Part shown: one piece after another, positions 16,599 to 27,600 of the stretch
How positions within the stretch are numbered: position 1 is the first letter of the stretch
Layout: the number at the start of each line of letters is the position of its first letter
DNA from: an uncultured Acidobacteriota bacterium
GTDB taxonomy: Bacteria; Acidobacteriota; Thermoanaerobaculia; Multivoradales; SZUA-115
Reading direction: 5' to 3'
Length of the DNA: 64,000 bases
NCBI GenBank assembly: GCA_963805975.1
Contig: CAWDVR010000006.1
Span: 256,001 to 320,000, forward strand
Notes under the pieces: model-generated
Database searches by the model: none
The model's input: the letters and a program-made list of their open reading frames with translations, nothing else
Told to the model about the DNA's origin: nothing
Program-made: the position numbers and the translations under genes

Positions 16599-18375
16599 AC
16601 CCGGCAACGCCTCGCCGGCCGCGGTCCGCCGTCTGCTGGCGCGACCGGAGCCCTGGCTCGTGCTCTTCGCGCTCGCGGCCGCCGCCTGGTCGCAGGCGGA
16701 GACCTTCCGCAACCCCTTCGTCGTCAACAACGACGCCAGGCTCCACACCTTCTGGATGGAGCAGTGGCGGGCCCCGGCGCTCTTCCCCGGCGACCGGCAC
16801 GTCATCTTCGCCCGCTCGTACCAGCCCTGGGGCTACCTGCTGCTCTACTGGCTGGGCTCGTTCCTCGTCGCGCCCCTCACGCTCTCTCGCGTCCTGCCGC
16901 TCCTCCTCCTGCCGTGGACGGCGCTCGCCACCTACCGGCTGGGCGAGAAGCTGGCGGGCCGCTACGCGGGCGCGCTGGCCGCGGTGTGGGTGACGCTGAT
17001 CCCGCTCGTCATCCACAAGATGGCGGGCGGGCACGCCCGCGCCTTCGCGCTGCCGCTCCTCGCCACCTGCGCCTACTACTTCGCCCGCCAGGCGCCGTGG
17101 CGCCTGGCGCTCGCCCTGGTGGTGACGAGCGGCTTCTATCCCATGACGCTGCTCCTCGCGGCGCTCGCCCTCGGTGCCTGTTGCTTCCGCTGGTCGAAGG
17201 GCCTCGGGCTGGCGGTTCCGCGGGGGGTGGCGGTCGCCCTGGTGGCCGGCGTGGCGATCGGGGGCGCGCTGGTGGTGGCCCGCGCCAGCCTGGTGCCGCA
17301 GGAGATGGGCCCGATCGCCACGCTCGCGGACATCGAGGGCAGGCCGGAGCTCGGGCACGAAGGGATCTACCCGGTCTACCCCACGTGGCCGCTCCCGGCC
17401 GTGCTGGCGCAGGAGGTGCGGCGGGCGACCGCGATGCTGCCGCCCGCCTACACCCGCATGCCGCCGCGCGAGGCGAGCTTCGCCGGCACCCTGGAGCGGC
17501 TGGACGTGGGCCTGCTGGTGCTGGTGGTGGCGCTCCTCGCCGCTTCGCCCTGGCTGCGCCTGCCGCCGCTGATCCCGGCCCTCTTCGCCGCCGGGGTGGT
17601 GATGTTCTGGCTCGCCGATCTGACTTTGATGCGGCTCTACCTGCCGACGCGCTACGTGCAGTACTCGGTGCGGCTGGCGATACCGCTCCTGGGAGCGGTG
17701 CTCTTGGCGCGGGCGGTCGGGAAGCTGCCCTGGCGGCCCGGGCGCGCCGTCGCCAAGGTGCTGCTCCTGGTCTGGCCGCTCCTCAACCTGCCGGCGCTCG
17801 CCGGCAAGGGGCTCGACGACTACACCCCGCAGGCGCCACTCTTCGCCTTTCTCGAACAGGTGCCGGTCGACTCGCTGGTGGCCGCCCACCCCTACGTGGC
17901 GGACGCCATCCCGCTCTTTGCCCGGCGCAGCGTGTTCGTGGATTTCGAGCACGCGTTGCCGTTCTACCCGCGGTTCTGGCAGGAGACGGCGCGGCGCACC
18001 CGCGCGCTCTTTCACGCCTACTACGCGAGCGACTTGGCGGAGGTGTGCGGCTTCCTCGGCGAGAGTGCCATCACCCACCTGGTGGTCGACCGGCGCCACT
18101 TCTCGCGCGGGCACCTGGAGCGGCGGCGGGTCTACTTCGAGCCTTTTGCGAGCGAGATCCGCGCCCTGACCGCGGAGCGGCGGCACTTCGCGCTCGCCGA
18201 CCTCGCTCCGGAGCGCGCGGTGTTCGTGGACGGCACGCTCTCGGTCGTCACGCCGAGCTCCCTCGGCTGCGCGCTCTCCGCCGTAGCGCCGGCGGTCGCC
18301 GCGAGCAGCAGCCCCAGGAGCGGGGCGACGCGGAAGTTGAGGATCTCCGGCGAGGACACCGCCAGCACCGCGTAG
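16579..18375 (+). CDS. Polytopic membrane protein, putative GT-C glycosyltransferase
   Basis: First loop VVNNDAR, many TM helices and a soluble C-terminal domain; lies in the glycan locus. Confidence 0.7.
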   Translation: MAWWGSRPGNASPAAVRRLLARPEPWLVLFALAAAAWSQAETFRNPFVVNNDARLHTFWMEQWRAPALFPGDRHVIFARSYQPWGYLLLYWLGSFLVAPLTLSRVLPLLLLPWTALATYRLGEKLAGRYAGALAAVWVTLIPLVIHKMAGGHARAFALPLLATCAYYFARQAPWRLALALVVTSGFYPMTLLLAALALGACCFRWSKGLGLAVPRGVAVALVAGVAIGGALVVARASLVPQEMGPIATLADIEGRPELGHEGIYPVYPTWPLPAVLAQEVRRATAMLPPAYTRMPPREASFAGTLERLDVGLLVLVVALLAASPWLRLPPLIPALFAAGVVMFWLADLTLMRLYLPTRYVQYSVRLAIPLLGAVLLARAVGKLPWRPGRAVAKVLLLVWPLLNLPALAGKGLDDYTPQAPLFAFLEQVPVDSLVAAHPYVADAIPLFARRSVFVDFEHALPFYPRFWQETARRTRALFHAYYASDLAEVCGFLGESAITHLVVDRRHFSRGHLERRRVYFEPFASEIRALTAERRHFALADLAPERAVFVDGTLSVVTPSSLGCALSAVAPAVAASSSPRSGATRKLRISGEDTASTA

Positions 18376-20065
18376 GCCGGCCAGGCCGCGGCAGCCGCGG
18401 CGAGGAAATACGGGTCTCGTCTTGGGGCCGGGCCTCGTCTTGGGGCCTGGCCTCGCCGCGGGGCGCGCGCCGGCACGCGTGCCACGCCTGCCCGGTCCAC
18501 AGAACCAGCGCCGCGAGGACGGCGAGCGCTCCCACCCAGCCAAGCTTGAAAAGCAGGAAGACATAGAAGTTGTGGATGTAGTTCCGGGGCTCGGCGCCGT
18601 CCCCGGCGAGCGGGCGGTGGAGCACGAAGGTGGCGCCCAGGCCGTGCCCCAGCGCCTGGGTCGTGCGGGTCTCCGCGGAGAGGATGCCGAGGAGCGTGCG
18701 GCTCTCGGCGAGGCGCAGGCGGACCGAGGGATCGGTCAGCGCCGCCGCCACCGGCGAGCGCACCGCGGCGAGCCCGTGAAGCCTCTCGCTCCAGTAGGCG
18801 AGCTGGGCGAGCGCTCCCGCCGCTCCCGCCGGCCCCAGCCGCTCGAGGCGGGGCCGCCGGACCACCCACACGCCCGTGGCTTTTCCCAGGCCGCCGATCT
18901 CGAGATCCGCCTGAGAGCAGCCGGCCGGCAGCGCGCCGATCACCGAGCGTTCGTTCCAGACCGCCGGGCCGCGGGTGGCGAGCGTCAACTGGCTCACGAC
19001 CTTGCCGCCCACGTCCAGGCAGCGCACCGTCAGGCGGCCCCGGCCGGTGCCGGCGGCGCGGGTCTCGGCGGACAGCCGGTAGGCGCCCGGCTCGGGCGCC
19101 GGCAAGGGGCCGACGATCACCCGCGAACCGTGGTTCGAGCGCCAGTGGAAGTGCTCCCTCAGAAGCGCGCCGCCCCCCGGGATCTTGCTCGTGGGGTCCG
19201 CGGCTTCGCGTGCCGCCGCGAGCCAGTCCGGCCGCTGCGCCAGGAACCCCGACCCGAGCCAGCCCATCGCCAGCACCAGGGCGAGCGCTCCCACGCCGGC
19301 GGCCACCAGCCCGCGGCGCCCGCGCCAGGGCGCCTCGCCGGCGGCGAGGAAGAAGAGGGCAGCCGCGAGCGGTGCGGTGGCCCACAGGCCGCGCGTGCCG
19401 GACCCCACGAGATAGACCGCGATCAGCCCGAGCGCGGCTCCAGGCCAGAAACGGGCCCACCGGGAGCGACGATGGAAGGCCTCTCCCGTGGCTGCGAGCG
19501 CCATCAGCAGGGCGGCCAGGGCGGCACCGTCGACCGAGACCGAGTTGTCGAGAAAGAAGCGTTGCGTGGGCGTGCCGCGCCAGGCTGCTAGGCCCCAGTG
19601 GCCGGCGTGCAGGCAGGCCGCGGCGCCGACCGCCAGCGGCAGGGCGGCGCGGAGCGCCCGCCAGCGCGCTGCCGCCGGCACCCCGAGGCCGGCCAGCGCG
19701 CCGAGCGGCAGCAGGGCCATGGACAAGACCTGGCCGGCCAGGAACCCGAGAGGGTTGCCGCGTGCCAGGCCCACCACCGTGCCGAACGCGGCAGCCGCCG
19801 CGTAGAGCGCGAGACCGAGCACCAGGAGCCGGGGCGGAAGCTCGCGGCCCGAGCTGCCGCGGGCAGAGCCGCCGCGCCAGAGCCAGCTCACCGCGCCGAG
19901 CACGAGCAGCACCGCGAGGATGCCCCCGGCCTGGACCCGGAGCGCGGTGCTGAACGGAAGGCCGACCGTGGTGTAGGGCAGGAGCACCGCCACCCCGACC
20001 GCGGCAGCGAGCCCGCGGCCGTGGCCCTTCGCGTCGTCTTCCGCCTCCGAGAGCGAGCCCACCAT
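18132..20065 (-). CDS. O-antigen ligase family protein with an inserted periplasmic CBM-like domain (frameshift near 18412)
   Basis: SGTRGLW, GHGLGA and YIHNFYVFLLFKLGWVG motifs; the last TM helices (YFLAAAAAAWPAYAVLAVSSPEILNF) are in the shifted frame that ends at 18132. Confidence 0.8.
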
Positions 20066-20118
20066 GAGTGCGAGTCTATCGGGTGGTTCGATGGCCCGAT
20101 GGTACGATCCGCGCCGCA

Positions 20119-21069
20119 ATGGCAGGAGAGCGCCTGAAGATCGTCCTCACCGGCGGCGCCGGCTTCATCGGCTCCCACCTCGCGGAAGCTTTCGTTGCCG
20201 CCGGTCATCGCGTGGTGGTGATCGACGACCTGTCGAGCGGCCGGCGCGAGAATTTGCCACTTGGGCCGCCGGGCGCCGAGCTCCACGTCCTCGACATCCG
20301 CTCGCCGGAGGCCGCCGAGCTGGTGGCCGGCTCCGGCGCCGACGTGCTGGTCCACCACGCGGCGCAGATGGAGGTGCGGCGCTCGGTGGAGGAGCCGGCC
20401 TATGACGCCGAGGTCAACATCCTGGGCACTCTGAACCTGCTCGAGGCGGTGCGGCGCGGTGGCGTGAAGCAGGTCGTCTTCGCCTCGACCGGCGGCGCGG
20501 TCTACGGCGAGCAGGATCGTTTTCCGGCGGACGAGGATCATCCCACTCGCCCGCTCTCGCCGTACGGCGTCGCCAAGCTGGCGGTGGAGCGCTACCTCTT
20601 CGTCTACCACCAGGCCTACGGGCTCGACGCCGTCTGCCTGCGCTACGCCAACGTCTACGGCGAGCGCCAGAACCCGCACGGCGAGGCCGGCGTGGTGGCG
20701 ATCTTTCTCAACCTTCTCCTCGCCGGCCGCGCGCCGGTGATCCACGGCGACGGCTTGCAGACCCGCGACTACGTTCACGTTTCGGACGTGGTGCAGGCCA
20801 ACCTCGCCGCCCTCGGCCGGCCCGGCTTCGGGATCTACAACGTCGGCACCGGCCTCGAGATCACCGTCGTCGAGCTCGCCGAGCACCTGCGCCAGGCGGT
20901 GGGCACCGACCTGGTACCGAGCCACGGCCCGGCCAAGAAGGGCGAGCAGCGGCGCTCCGTCGTCGACCCCGGCCGCATCCAGCGCGAGCTGGGCGCGCCC
21001 CCCCCGCTACCCCTGGCCGAGGGGCTGGCGCGGACCGCGACGTGGTTCCGGGAGCGGGCGAGACCCTGA
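20119..21069 (+). CDS. UDP-glucose 4-epimerase-like NAD-dependent epimerase
   Basis: TGGAGFIGSH, DDLSSG, PYGVAK and RYANVYGERQNPHGEAGVV motifs. Confidence 0.95.
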   Translation: MAGERLKIVLTGGAGFIGSHLAEAFVAAGHRVVVIDDLSSGRRENLPLGPPGAELHVLDIRSPEAAELVAGSGADVLVHHAAQMEVRRSVEEPAYDAEVNILGTLNLLEAVRRGGVKQVVFASTGGAVYGEQDRFPADEDHPTRPLSPYGVAKLAVERYLFVYHQAYGLDAVCLRYANVYGERQNPHGEAGVVAIFLNLLLAGRAPVIHGDGLQTRDYVHVSDVVQANLAALGRPGFGIYNVGTGLEITVVELAEHLRQAVGTDLVPSHGPAKKGEQRRSVVDPGRIQRELGAPPPLPLAEGLARTATWFRERARP

Positions 21070-21097
21070 GCGACTCACGACGAGCTGCTGGCCAGGA

Positions 21098-21400
21098 TCA
21101 ACGCCGCCGCCAATAGCCGGGCCGTCGCTTGTGATGCGCGACCGCCACGACCTCGATGTCGTCGGCATTCCGTACTCGGTAGATCAGTGAGTAGGGGTAT
21201 TGGTTGGGAAAGAGATACCGCCGGCAGCCGTGGCGGTGTAGTTGCCACCGCTCAGGTGCCTCTACAACTGCGGTGACCGCTTGGTTCAGCAAAAGCAAGA
21301 AGCCGGAGGCAGCCAAGGGACTGCGCTGAGCAAACCAGTCGCGCGCTTCCTCCGCTTCCGCGGCGGCCTCGGGATGCCACCTTGGGTCAGGTGGGATCAC
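21098..21400 (-). CDS. Type II toxin, RelE/ParE family
   Basis: WHPEAAAE...ARDWF...YPYSLIYR...VVAVAHHKRRPGYW. Confidence 0.92.
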   Translation of the reverse strand: MIPPDPRWHPEAAAEAEEARDWFAQRSPLAASGFLLLLNQAVTAVVEAPERWQLHRHGCRRYLFPNQYPYSLIYRVRNADDIEVVAVAHHKRRPGYWRRR

Positions 21401-21632
21401 GGGACAGGCGCCGCTTCACCTCGGACCAAGGGATGGTCTCAACGATACCTGCGTCCAGCTGGACGATCCGCCGCCCAATCTCGGCGTCCCATGCCTCGTC
21501 GACTCCCGTCTCGCGTTCCGCGTAGAGGCTCTCGATCAACGCCCCTGCGACCGAGGCTCGGTCCTTTTCCTCCAGGGTGAGCGCATGCTCGAGAAGCTCT
21601 TCAGCGGCTGGGCTGAGGGTCGCGGCACTCAT
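21387..21632 (-). CDS. Addiction module antitoxin (TIGR02574-like)
   Basis: ALTLEEKDRA...LIESL...EAWDAEIGRR...IPWSEVKRRL; overlaps the toxin start. Confidence 0.9.
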   Translation of the reverse strand: MSAATLSPAAEELLEHALTLEEKDRASVAGALIESLYAERETGVDEAWDAEIGRRIVQLDAGIVETIPWSEVKRRLSRDPT

Positions 21633-21682
21633 GCTTTGAAGTATAGCGCCCGGTCGGTCAGCGGCACAGATCCTTCCAGTGC

Positions 21683-23356
21683 TTACCGCATCCCCACCAC
21701 CTGCCCGTCCACCAGATCGATCTCCTCGGCCTGGGGGGTGGCGGGGAGGCCGGGCATGCGGAGGAGGGTGCCCAGGAGCGGCACCATGTAGCCGGCGCCG
21801 GCGGCGAGCACCACGTTCCTCACCTGCACTTCGAAGTCGCGTGGCCGGTTGACCTTCTTGGGGTCGTCGGAGAGCGAGCTCTGAGTCTTGGCCATGCAGA
21901 CCGCCAGGCCCTCGTAGCCCAGGCGACGCACCATGTCGAGATCCTTCTCGGCGGCCGGGGCGTAGGTCACGCCCTTGGCGCCGTACATGGCGCGGGCGAT
22001 GGCCTCGATCTTCGCCTTCGGCGGGTCGCTCCAGGCGTAGAGCGGCGTGAAGGGCTTGCTCTCGCGCTCGGCGTGCGCGACCACCGTGCGGGCGAGCTCG
22101 GCTGCGCCCTCGCCGCCCTCGGCGAAGCCGTCGCAGACCGCGAACGGTGCGTCCAGCGCCGCCGCGGCGCGCCGCACCACCTCGATCTCCTCCTCGCTGT
22201 CGGTCGCGAAACGGTTGAGCGTGACGATCACGGTCTCGCCGAAGGTGCGCATGTTCTCGACGTGCTTCTCGAGGTTGGGCAGGCCGCGCTCGACCGCCGC
22301 CGGGTCCGGCGCCGAGAGGGCCGTCTTGGGCGTGCCGCCGTGGCGTTTGAGCGCCCGCGCCGTGGTCACCACCACCACCGCCGCGGTGTCGAGGCCGGCG
22401 CCCGCGCACTTGATGTCGAAGAACTTCTCGGCGCCGAGGTCCGAGGCGAAGCCGGCCTCGGTCACCGCCCAGTCGGCGTGGGCGAGGGCCATGCGCGTGG
22501 CGAGCACCGAGTTGCAGCCGTGGGCGATGTTGGCGAACGGACCGCCGTGCACGAAGGCGGGCACGCCCTCGGCGGTCTGCACCAGGTTGGGCGCCAGCGC
22601 GTCCTTGAGCACCACCATCATCGCGCCCACGGCTTTGAGGTCGGCGGCGGTCACCGGCTCGCCGCTGGGCCGCAGGCCGACGATCAGCCGCGACAGGCGG
22701 GCGCGCAGGTCCTCGTAGCCCTCGGCCAGGCAGAGCACCGCCATCACCTCGGAGGCGGGAGTGATGTCGAAGCCCGTCTCGCGCGGCACGCCCTCGGCCG
22801 CGCCGCCCAGGCCCACGATCACCTGGCGCAGAGCGCGGTCGTTGAGGTCGATCACCCGCCGCCACAGGGTCCGCCGCGGGTCGAGCCCGAGGGCGTTGCC
22901 GTGGTGGAGGTGGTTGTCGTAGATCGCCGCCAGCAGGTTGTGCGCGGTCGAGATGGCGTGGAAGTCGCCGGTGAAGTGGAGGTTGATGTCCTCGGCCGGC
23001 ACCAGCACGGACTTGCCGCCGCCCGTAGCGCCGCCCTTGAGGCCGAAGGTGGGGCCGAGCGAGGGCTCGCGCAGCGCCAGGCAGGCGCTCTCGCCGATCT
23101 TCGCCAGGCCCTGGGCGAGTGAGATCGAGGTCGTGGTCTTGCCCTCGCCGGCGTCCGTGGGGGTGATCGCCGTCACCAGCACCAACCGTCCTGTCCGCGA
23201 GCGCTCCGCCAGCGCCTCGAGCCGGACCTTGGCCTTGAGATCGCCATAGGGCACCAGATGGCGGCGGTCGATGCCGAGGCGATCGGCGACCTCGGTGATG
23301 GGCGAGGCCCCCGAGGCAGGCAAGGCCCCCCATTCAGGCAAAGGAGTAGCGGTCAT
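21683..23356 (-). CDS. fhs: Formate--tetrahydrofolate ligase
   Basis: TAITPTDAGEGKTT, REPSLGP, INLHFTGD, HGGPFANIAHGCNS and CMAKTQSSLSD motifs. Confidence 0.97.
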   Translation of the reverse strand: MTATPLPEWGALPASGASPITEVADRLGIDRRHLVPYGDLKAKVRLEALAERSRTGRLVLVTAITPTDAGEGKTTTSISLAQGLAKIGESACLALREPSLGPTFGLKGGATGGGKSVLVPAEDINLHFTGDFHAISTAHNLLAAIYDNHLHHGNALGLDPRRTLWRRVIDLNDRALRQVIVGLGGAAEGVPRETGFDITPASEVMAVLCLAEGYEDLRARLSRLIVGLRPSGEPVTAADLKAVGAMMVVLKDALAPNLVQTAEGVPAFVHGGPFANIAHGCNSVLATRMALAHADWAVTEAGFASDLGAEKFFDIKCAGAGLDTAAVVVVTTARALKRHGGTPKTALSAPDPAAVERGLPNLEKHVENMRTFGETVIVTLNRFATDSEEEIEVVRRAAAALDAPFAVCDGFAEGGEGAAELARTVVAHAERESKPFTPLYAWSDPPKAKIEAIARAMYGAKGVTYAPAAEKDLDMVRRLGYEGLAVCMAKTQSSLSDDPKKVNRPRDFEVQVRNVVLAAGAGYMVPLLGTLLRMPGLPATPQAEEIDLVDGQVVGMR

Positions 23357-23407
23357 CGGTCCTCCGAGGCGGAAAAGGCTTCCGGTGGCGGGATTGCCGC
23401 GCGAAGA

Positions 23408-24595
23408 CTAGCCGAGCCGCCTGGAAGGTGCCAGAGGCGACGGCTGCTCATACCCCGTCATCTCTACATACCCGAAGCCGAAGATCGGCCGGCCGGCGCT
23501 CGTGCCCTCGATGGCCACTGCACCCTCCCAGTAGCGGAGCGCCAGATCCAGCTCCTGGCCTGCGAGGAGCGGGGTCAGCGTCAGCTCCAGGCCCTCCGCC
23601 GGCAGGGTGAGCCGCCAGCGCGCGGGATAGCGGCCTCCCGTGGCGGGGCTGGTCCAGAAGTCCAGAGCCTCGAGCCCGACCGTGGAGTAGTCGAGCGGGC
23701 GCGCGCTGCCGTCGGCCTCGATCAGCGTGCCGGCGCTCGCCGGGTCGGCCGAGCCGTCCCGCCGCCGCAATCGATAGAGCATGAGGTCCCGCCCGTCCGC
23801 GAGCTGGAGCGAGAACCAGTCCCAGCCGACCTGGTTCGCCGCCAGCGCGCTGGTGGACCACTCGCGGTCCATCCAGGCGAGGCCGGCGACCACGTACCGG
23901 CGCCCCTCGACCTCGACCGTGCCGCGCGCCGGCAGGCGGGTGAAGGAGTAGTAGTACGAGGCGTTGCCGGGTCCACCGCCCTTGAACGACAGGCCACGGT
24001 CCCCTTGCAGAACCGGCGGCTTGCCGGCAGCGAGCTCGAGGTCGATCGCCACCCCGCCCTCGGCGGCGCGCAGGCGGATCGGCGGCACGTCGTTCCCGCT
24101 GTCGGCCACCCAATCGGCGGTCCAGACGCGGAAGGGGGAGCCTTGGGCGCCGGCCAGCCCGAGGGCGGCGCGCGAGAAGCGCTCGAAAGCATGGAAGCGT
24201 TCCCCGGCAACGTCGGTCACCGTGAAGTGGGCCATGTACACCTCGTTCGCGGCCCAGCCCGAGGCCCGCTCGGCCGGCCGGGGGGTGAGCTGGTTGCGAA
24301 AGAAGGTGAGCTGGAAGCCGAAGCGACGGGCCCCTTCGCCGCCTGCCGCGGGCGCCTCGAGGTTGCCCGTGAAGTACCACCACTCGTTGCGGAAGCCGGG
24401 GTGCGGGCCGTGATCTCCGGGGAACGTGAACTCTCGCGGCGTCAGCGCGCGCTCGTAACCCTCGGCGCTGCCCGAGAGCGCGTCGGCGACCGACAGCGAC
24501 GCCTCGACCTCCGGTGGACGGCCGGCCGGTGAGCAGGCGAACAGGAATGCCCACGCGAGCACTGTGGTGGCGGCAAGGCGCGAGGAGGTGGGCAA
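23408..24595 (-). CDS. AttH/CrtC-like lipocalin-fold lipoprotein
   Basis: Lipobox LFAC; DHGPHPGFRNEWWYFTGNL, SYYYS, WMDREWS, GWDWFSLQL and YWEGAV motifs. Confidence 0.9.
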   Translation of the reverse strand: MPTSSRLAATTVLAWAFLFACSPAGRPPEVEASLSVADALSGSAEGYERALTPREFTFPGDHGPHPGFRNEWWYFTGNLEAPAAGGEGARRFGFQLTFFRNQLTPRPAERASGWAANEVYMAHFTVTDVAGERFHAFERFSRAALGLAGAQGSPFRVWTADWVADSGNDVPPIRLRAAEGGVAIDLELAAGKPPVLQGDRGLSFKGGGPGNASYYYSFTRLPARGTVEVEGRRYVVAGLAWMDREWSTSALAANQVGWDWFSLQLADGRDLMLYRLRRRDGSADPASAGTLIEADGSARPLDYSTVGLEALDFWTSPATGGRYPARWRLTLPAEGLELTLTPLLAGQELDLALRYWEGAVAIEGTSAGRPIFGFGYVEMTGYEQPSPLAPSRRLG

Positions 24596-24668
24596 GGGTA
24601 GAACCCCGGTCGGCGGCCGGAAGAGGCGACCGCCTCCTCCGAGACCGCGTGTTCTACCACCAAGCGCC

Positions 24669-27600
24669 TTAGGCGCGCGCGCCGGCCGCGCGCAGCCGCC
24701 ACCAACCCGCCACCATCAGGAGGAGCGCCAGGGCCATGAGCATCCATCCCGAGAGAGTGGGTATCTCGACCCCGGAAGAAGCTCCGACCGGGATAGCGAT
24801 CTCTGCCGTGCACCGCAACTCGGCCGGGCAGCCCAGATCGCCTCCGCCTTGCGTGCTGGCGGAATTGGCCAGCACCTGGCCCTCGGCGCTGGCTTGCGCC
24901 GTGACGGTGATCGAGAGCGGTGTGGAGGCTCCGCCATTCGCTGCCAGGACCTGGGCCGTGGTGCAGGTCACGGTCTGACCGCTGATCGTGCAGCTCCAAC
25001 CCGGCCCGCCGGCACCGTTGACCGCCAACCCGCCCGGCACCGGATCGGTGACCGTGATGATGCCGCTGGTCGCCAGGGTGCCGAGGTTGGTCACCACCAG
25101 CGAGTAGTCGGCGGACTGGCCCACTTCGAGCTCGGCGGGCCCCTGCTTGAGGAGGCTCAAGGCCGGCGCATCGACCGGGGCGCCGGTCGAGTCGTTGCAC
25201 CGCTCCGCTCCCGGACAGCCCGGATCGCCGCCGCCGTCGACGGTCGCCGAGTTGGAGAGCGATTGCCCAGCGGCACCCGGCTGGGGAGTGACGTTGATGG
25301 TGATCGGCGTCGCGGCGCCGCCCCCGGCCGCCAGCACCTGATTGGTGGTGCAGACGACGGTCTGGTTGCCGATCACACAGGCCCAGGCGGGGCCGCTGGC
25401 GTTGTTGATCGTCAGGCCGCCCGGAATGGGATCGGTGATCGTGATGGTGCCGCTGGTCGCCGCCGTGCCGGTGTTGGTCACTTGCAGCACATAGTCCGCC
25501 GGCTGGCCCACCACCAGGGCAGAGGGGCCTTGCTTGACGAGGGCGAGCGCCGGCGCATCGACCGGCGTGCCCGTCGAGTCGTTGCACCGCTCCGCACCGG
25601 GGCAGCCGGGATCACCGCCGCCACCGACGGTAGCCGTGTTGGAAAGGACTTGTCCGTTGGCGCCGGGAAGCGGTGTGACGGTGATCGTGATCAAGGGTGC
25701 CACGCCGCCGTTGGCCGCCAGCTCCTGGCTGGTGGTGCAGGTGACGGTCTGGCCCACGATCGCACAGGCCCAGCCGGTGCCGGTGGCGCTCCCGATGCTC
25801 AAGCCGCCGGGCACCGGATCGGTGACCGTGATGATGTCGAAGGTCGCCGCCGTGCCGGTGTTGGTGACCTCCAGGGTGTAGTCCGCCGGTTGGCCCACCA
25901 CCAGAGCGGCCGGACCCTGCTTGACGATGGCGAGCGCGGGCGCCTGGACCGGGGAGGTGGTGGTGGACCCGCAACGCTCCTCGGCCGGACAGCCGGGATC
26001 GCCGCCGCCGCTCGCGCTGGCCGAGTTCGCGAGCGATTGCCCCTCGGCGCTGGGCAACGGCGTGACGTTGATGGCGATCACCGGCGCCACGCCACCGTTG
26101 GCCACCAGCACCTGCGAGGTGGTGCAGGTGACGGTCTGCCCCGCGACTGCGCAGGCCCAGCCGGCGCCGGTCGCGAGGTTGATGCTCAAGCCGCCCGGCA
26201 CGGCGTCGACCACCGTGATCGTGCCGCTGGTGCTGGCCGAGCCCTGGTTGGTCAGTTGCAACGTGTAGTCCACTGCCTGGCCGACCACGAAGGCGGAGGG
26301 CCCCTGTTTCTCGAGCTCCAGCGCCGGCGCCTCGACCGGCACGGTGAGGCCGCCCCCGCAGCGCGGGTCCGCGGGGCAGTCGGGGTCACCACCGCCGCTG
26401 GCGGTGGCCGAGTTGGCAAGCTGCTGGCCGTTGGCGCTGGCCTGCGGCGTGACATCGATCACGATGTCCGGGGCCTGACCGCCATTCGCCGCCAGCACCT
26501 GCGCCGTGGTGCAGGTGACGGTTTGAGCGGCGATGCCGCAGGTCCAGCCCGGGCCGCCGGCGTTGTCGATGGTCAGACCGGCGGGGACGGAATCGGTGAC
26601 GGTGATGGTGCCCGAGGTGGGGGCCGTACCGTTGTTCGTCACCTCCAGGGCGTAGCTCGCCGCCTGACCGACCACGAAGGCGGAAGGGCCGCTCTTCGCC
26701 AGGGCCAGAGCCGGCGCCTCCACCGGTCCGCTGAAGCTGCCGCTGCATCGCGGCGCGCCGGGGCAGCCCGCATCGCCGCCGCCGCTCGCGGTGGCGGTGT
26801 TGGTGAGCGACTGGCCGTTGGCACTGGCGTCCGGGGTCACGTTGATGGTGATCACGGGCGCCGCGCCGCCGCTCGCGACCAGCACGAAGGGGGTGGTACA
26901 GGTCACGGTCTGGCCCGCCACGTTGCAGGTCCAGCCGCTGCCGCTCGCACTGTTGATGGTCAGGCCGCCCGGCAGGGGATCGCTCACCGTGATGGTGCCG
27001 CTGGTGGCCGCCGTACCGGTGTTGGTCACCTGCAGGGTGTAGTCCGCCGGCTGGCCGACGATCAGGGCGGCCGGCCCCTGCTTCACCAGGGTGAGCGCCG
27101 GCTCGTTGACCGGTGTGGTGACGCCGCTGTTGCAGTGGGAGTCGGCCGGACACGAGGGGTCGCCGCCGCCGCTGGCGCTGGCCGTGTTGGTGACCTGCGT
27201 GCCGCCGGTAGAGGCCTGCGGCGTGACGCTGAGGAGGATGACGGGTGCGGCGCCGCCGTTGGCGGAGAGCACCACGGGCGTGGTGCAGGTGACGGTCTGG
27301 CTGACCACGTTGCAGGTCCAGCCGCTGCCGCCGGCGCTGCCGATGGTCAGGCCGGCCGGCACGGTGTCGGTCACCGTGATGGTGGCGCTGGTGGCCGCGG
27401 TGCCGTTGTTGGTCACTTGCAGCGAGTAGGTCGCCGCCTGGCCGACCACCAGGGCCGGCGGGCCCTGCTTCACCAGGGTCAGGGTCGGGCCGTTGACCGG
27501 GGTCGAGGTGCCGCTGTTGCAACGCGTGGCTGCCGGGCACTCGCTGTCGCCGCCGCCGCTGGCGCTCGCCGTGTTGGCCACCTGCGTGCCGGCGGTGGGG

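Noticed and set aside
21098-21632. Toxin-antitoxin pair as a novel system
   Set aside because: A common addiction-module/ParE pair
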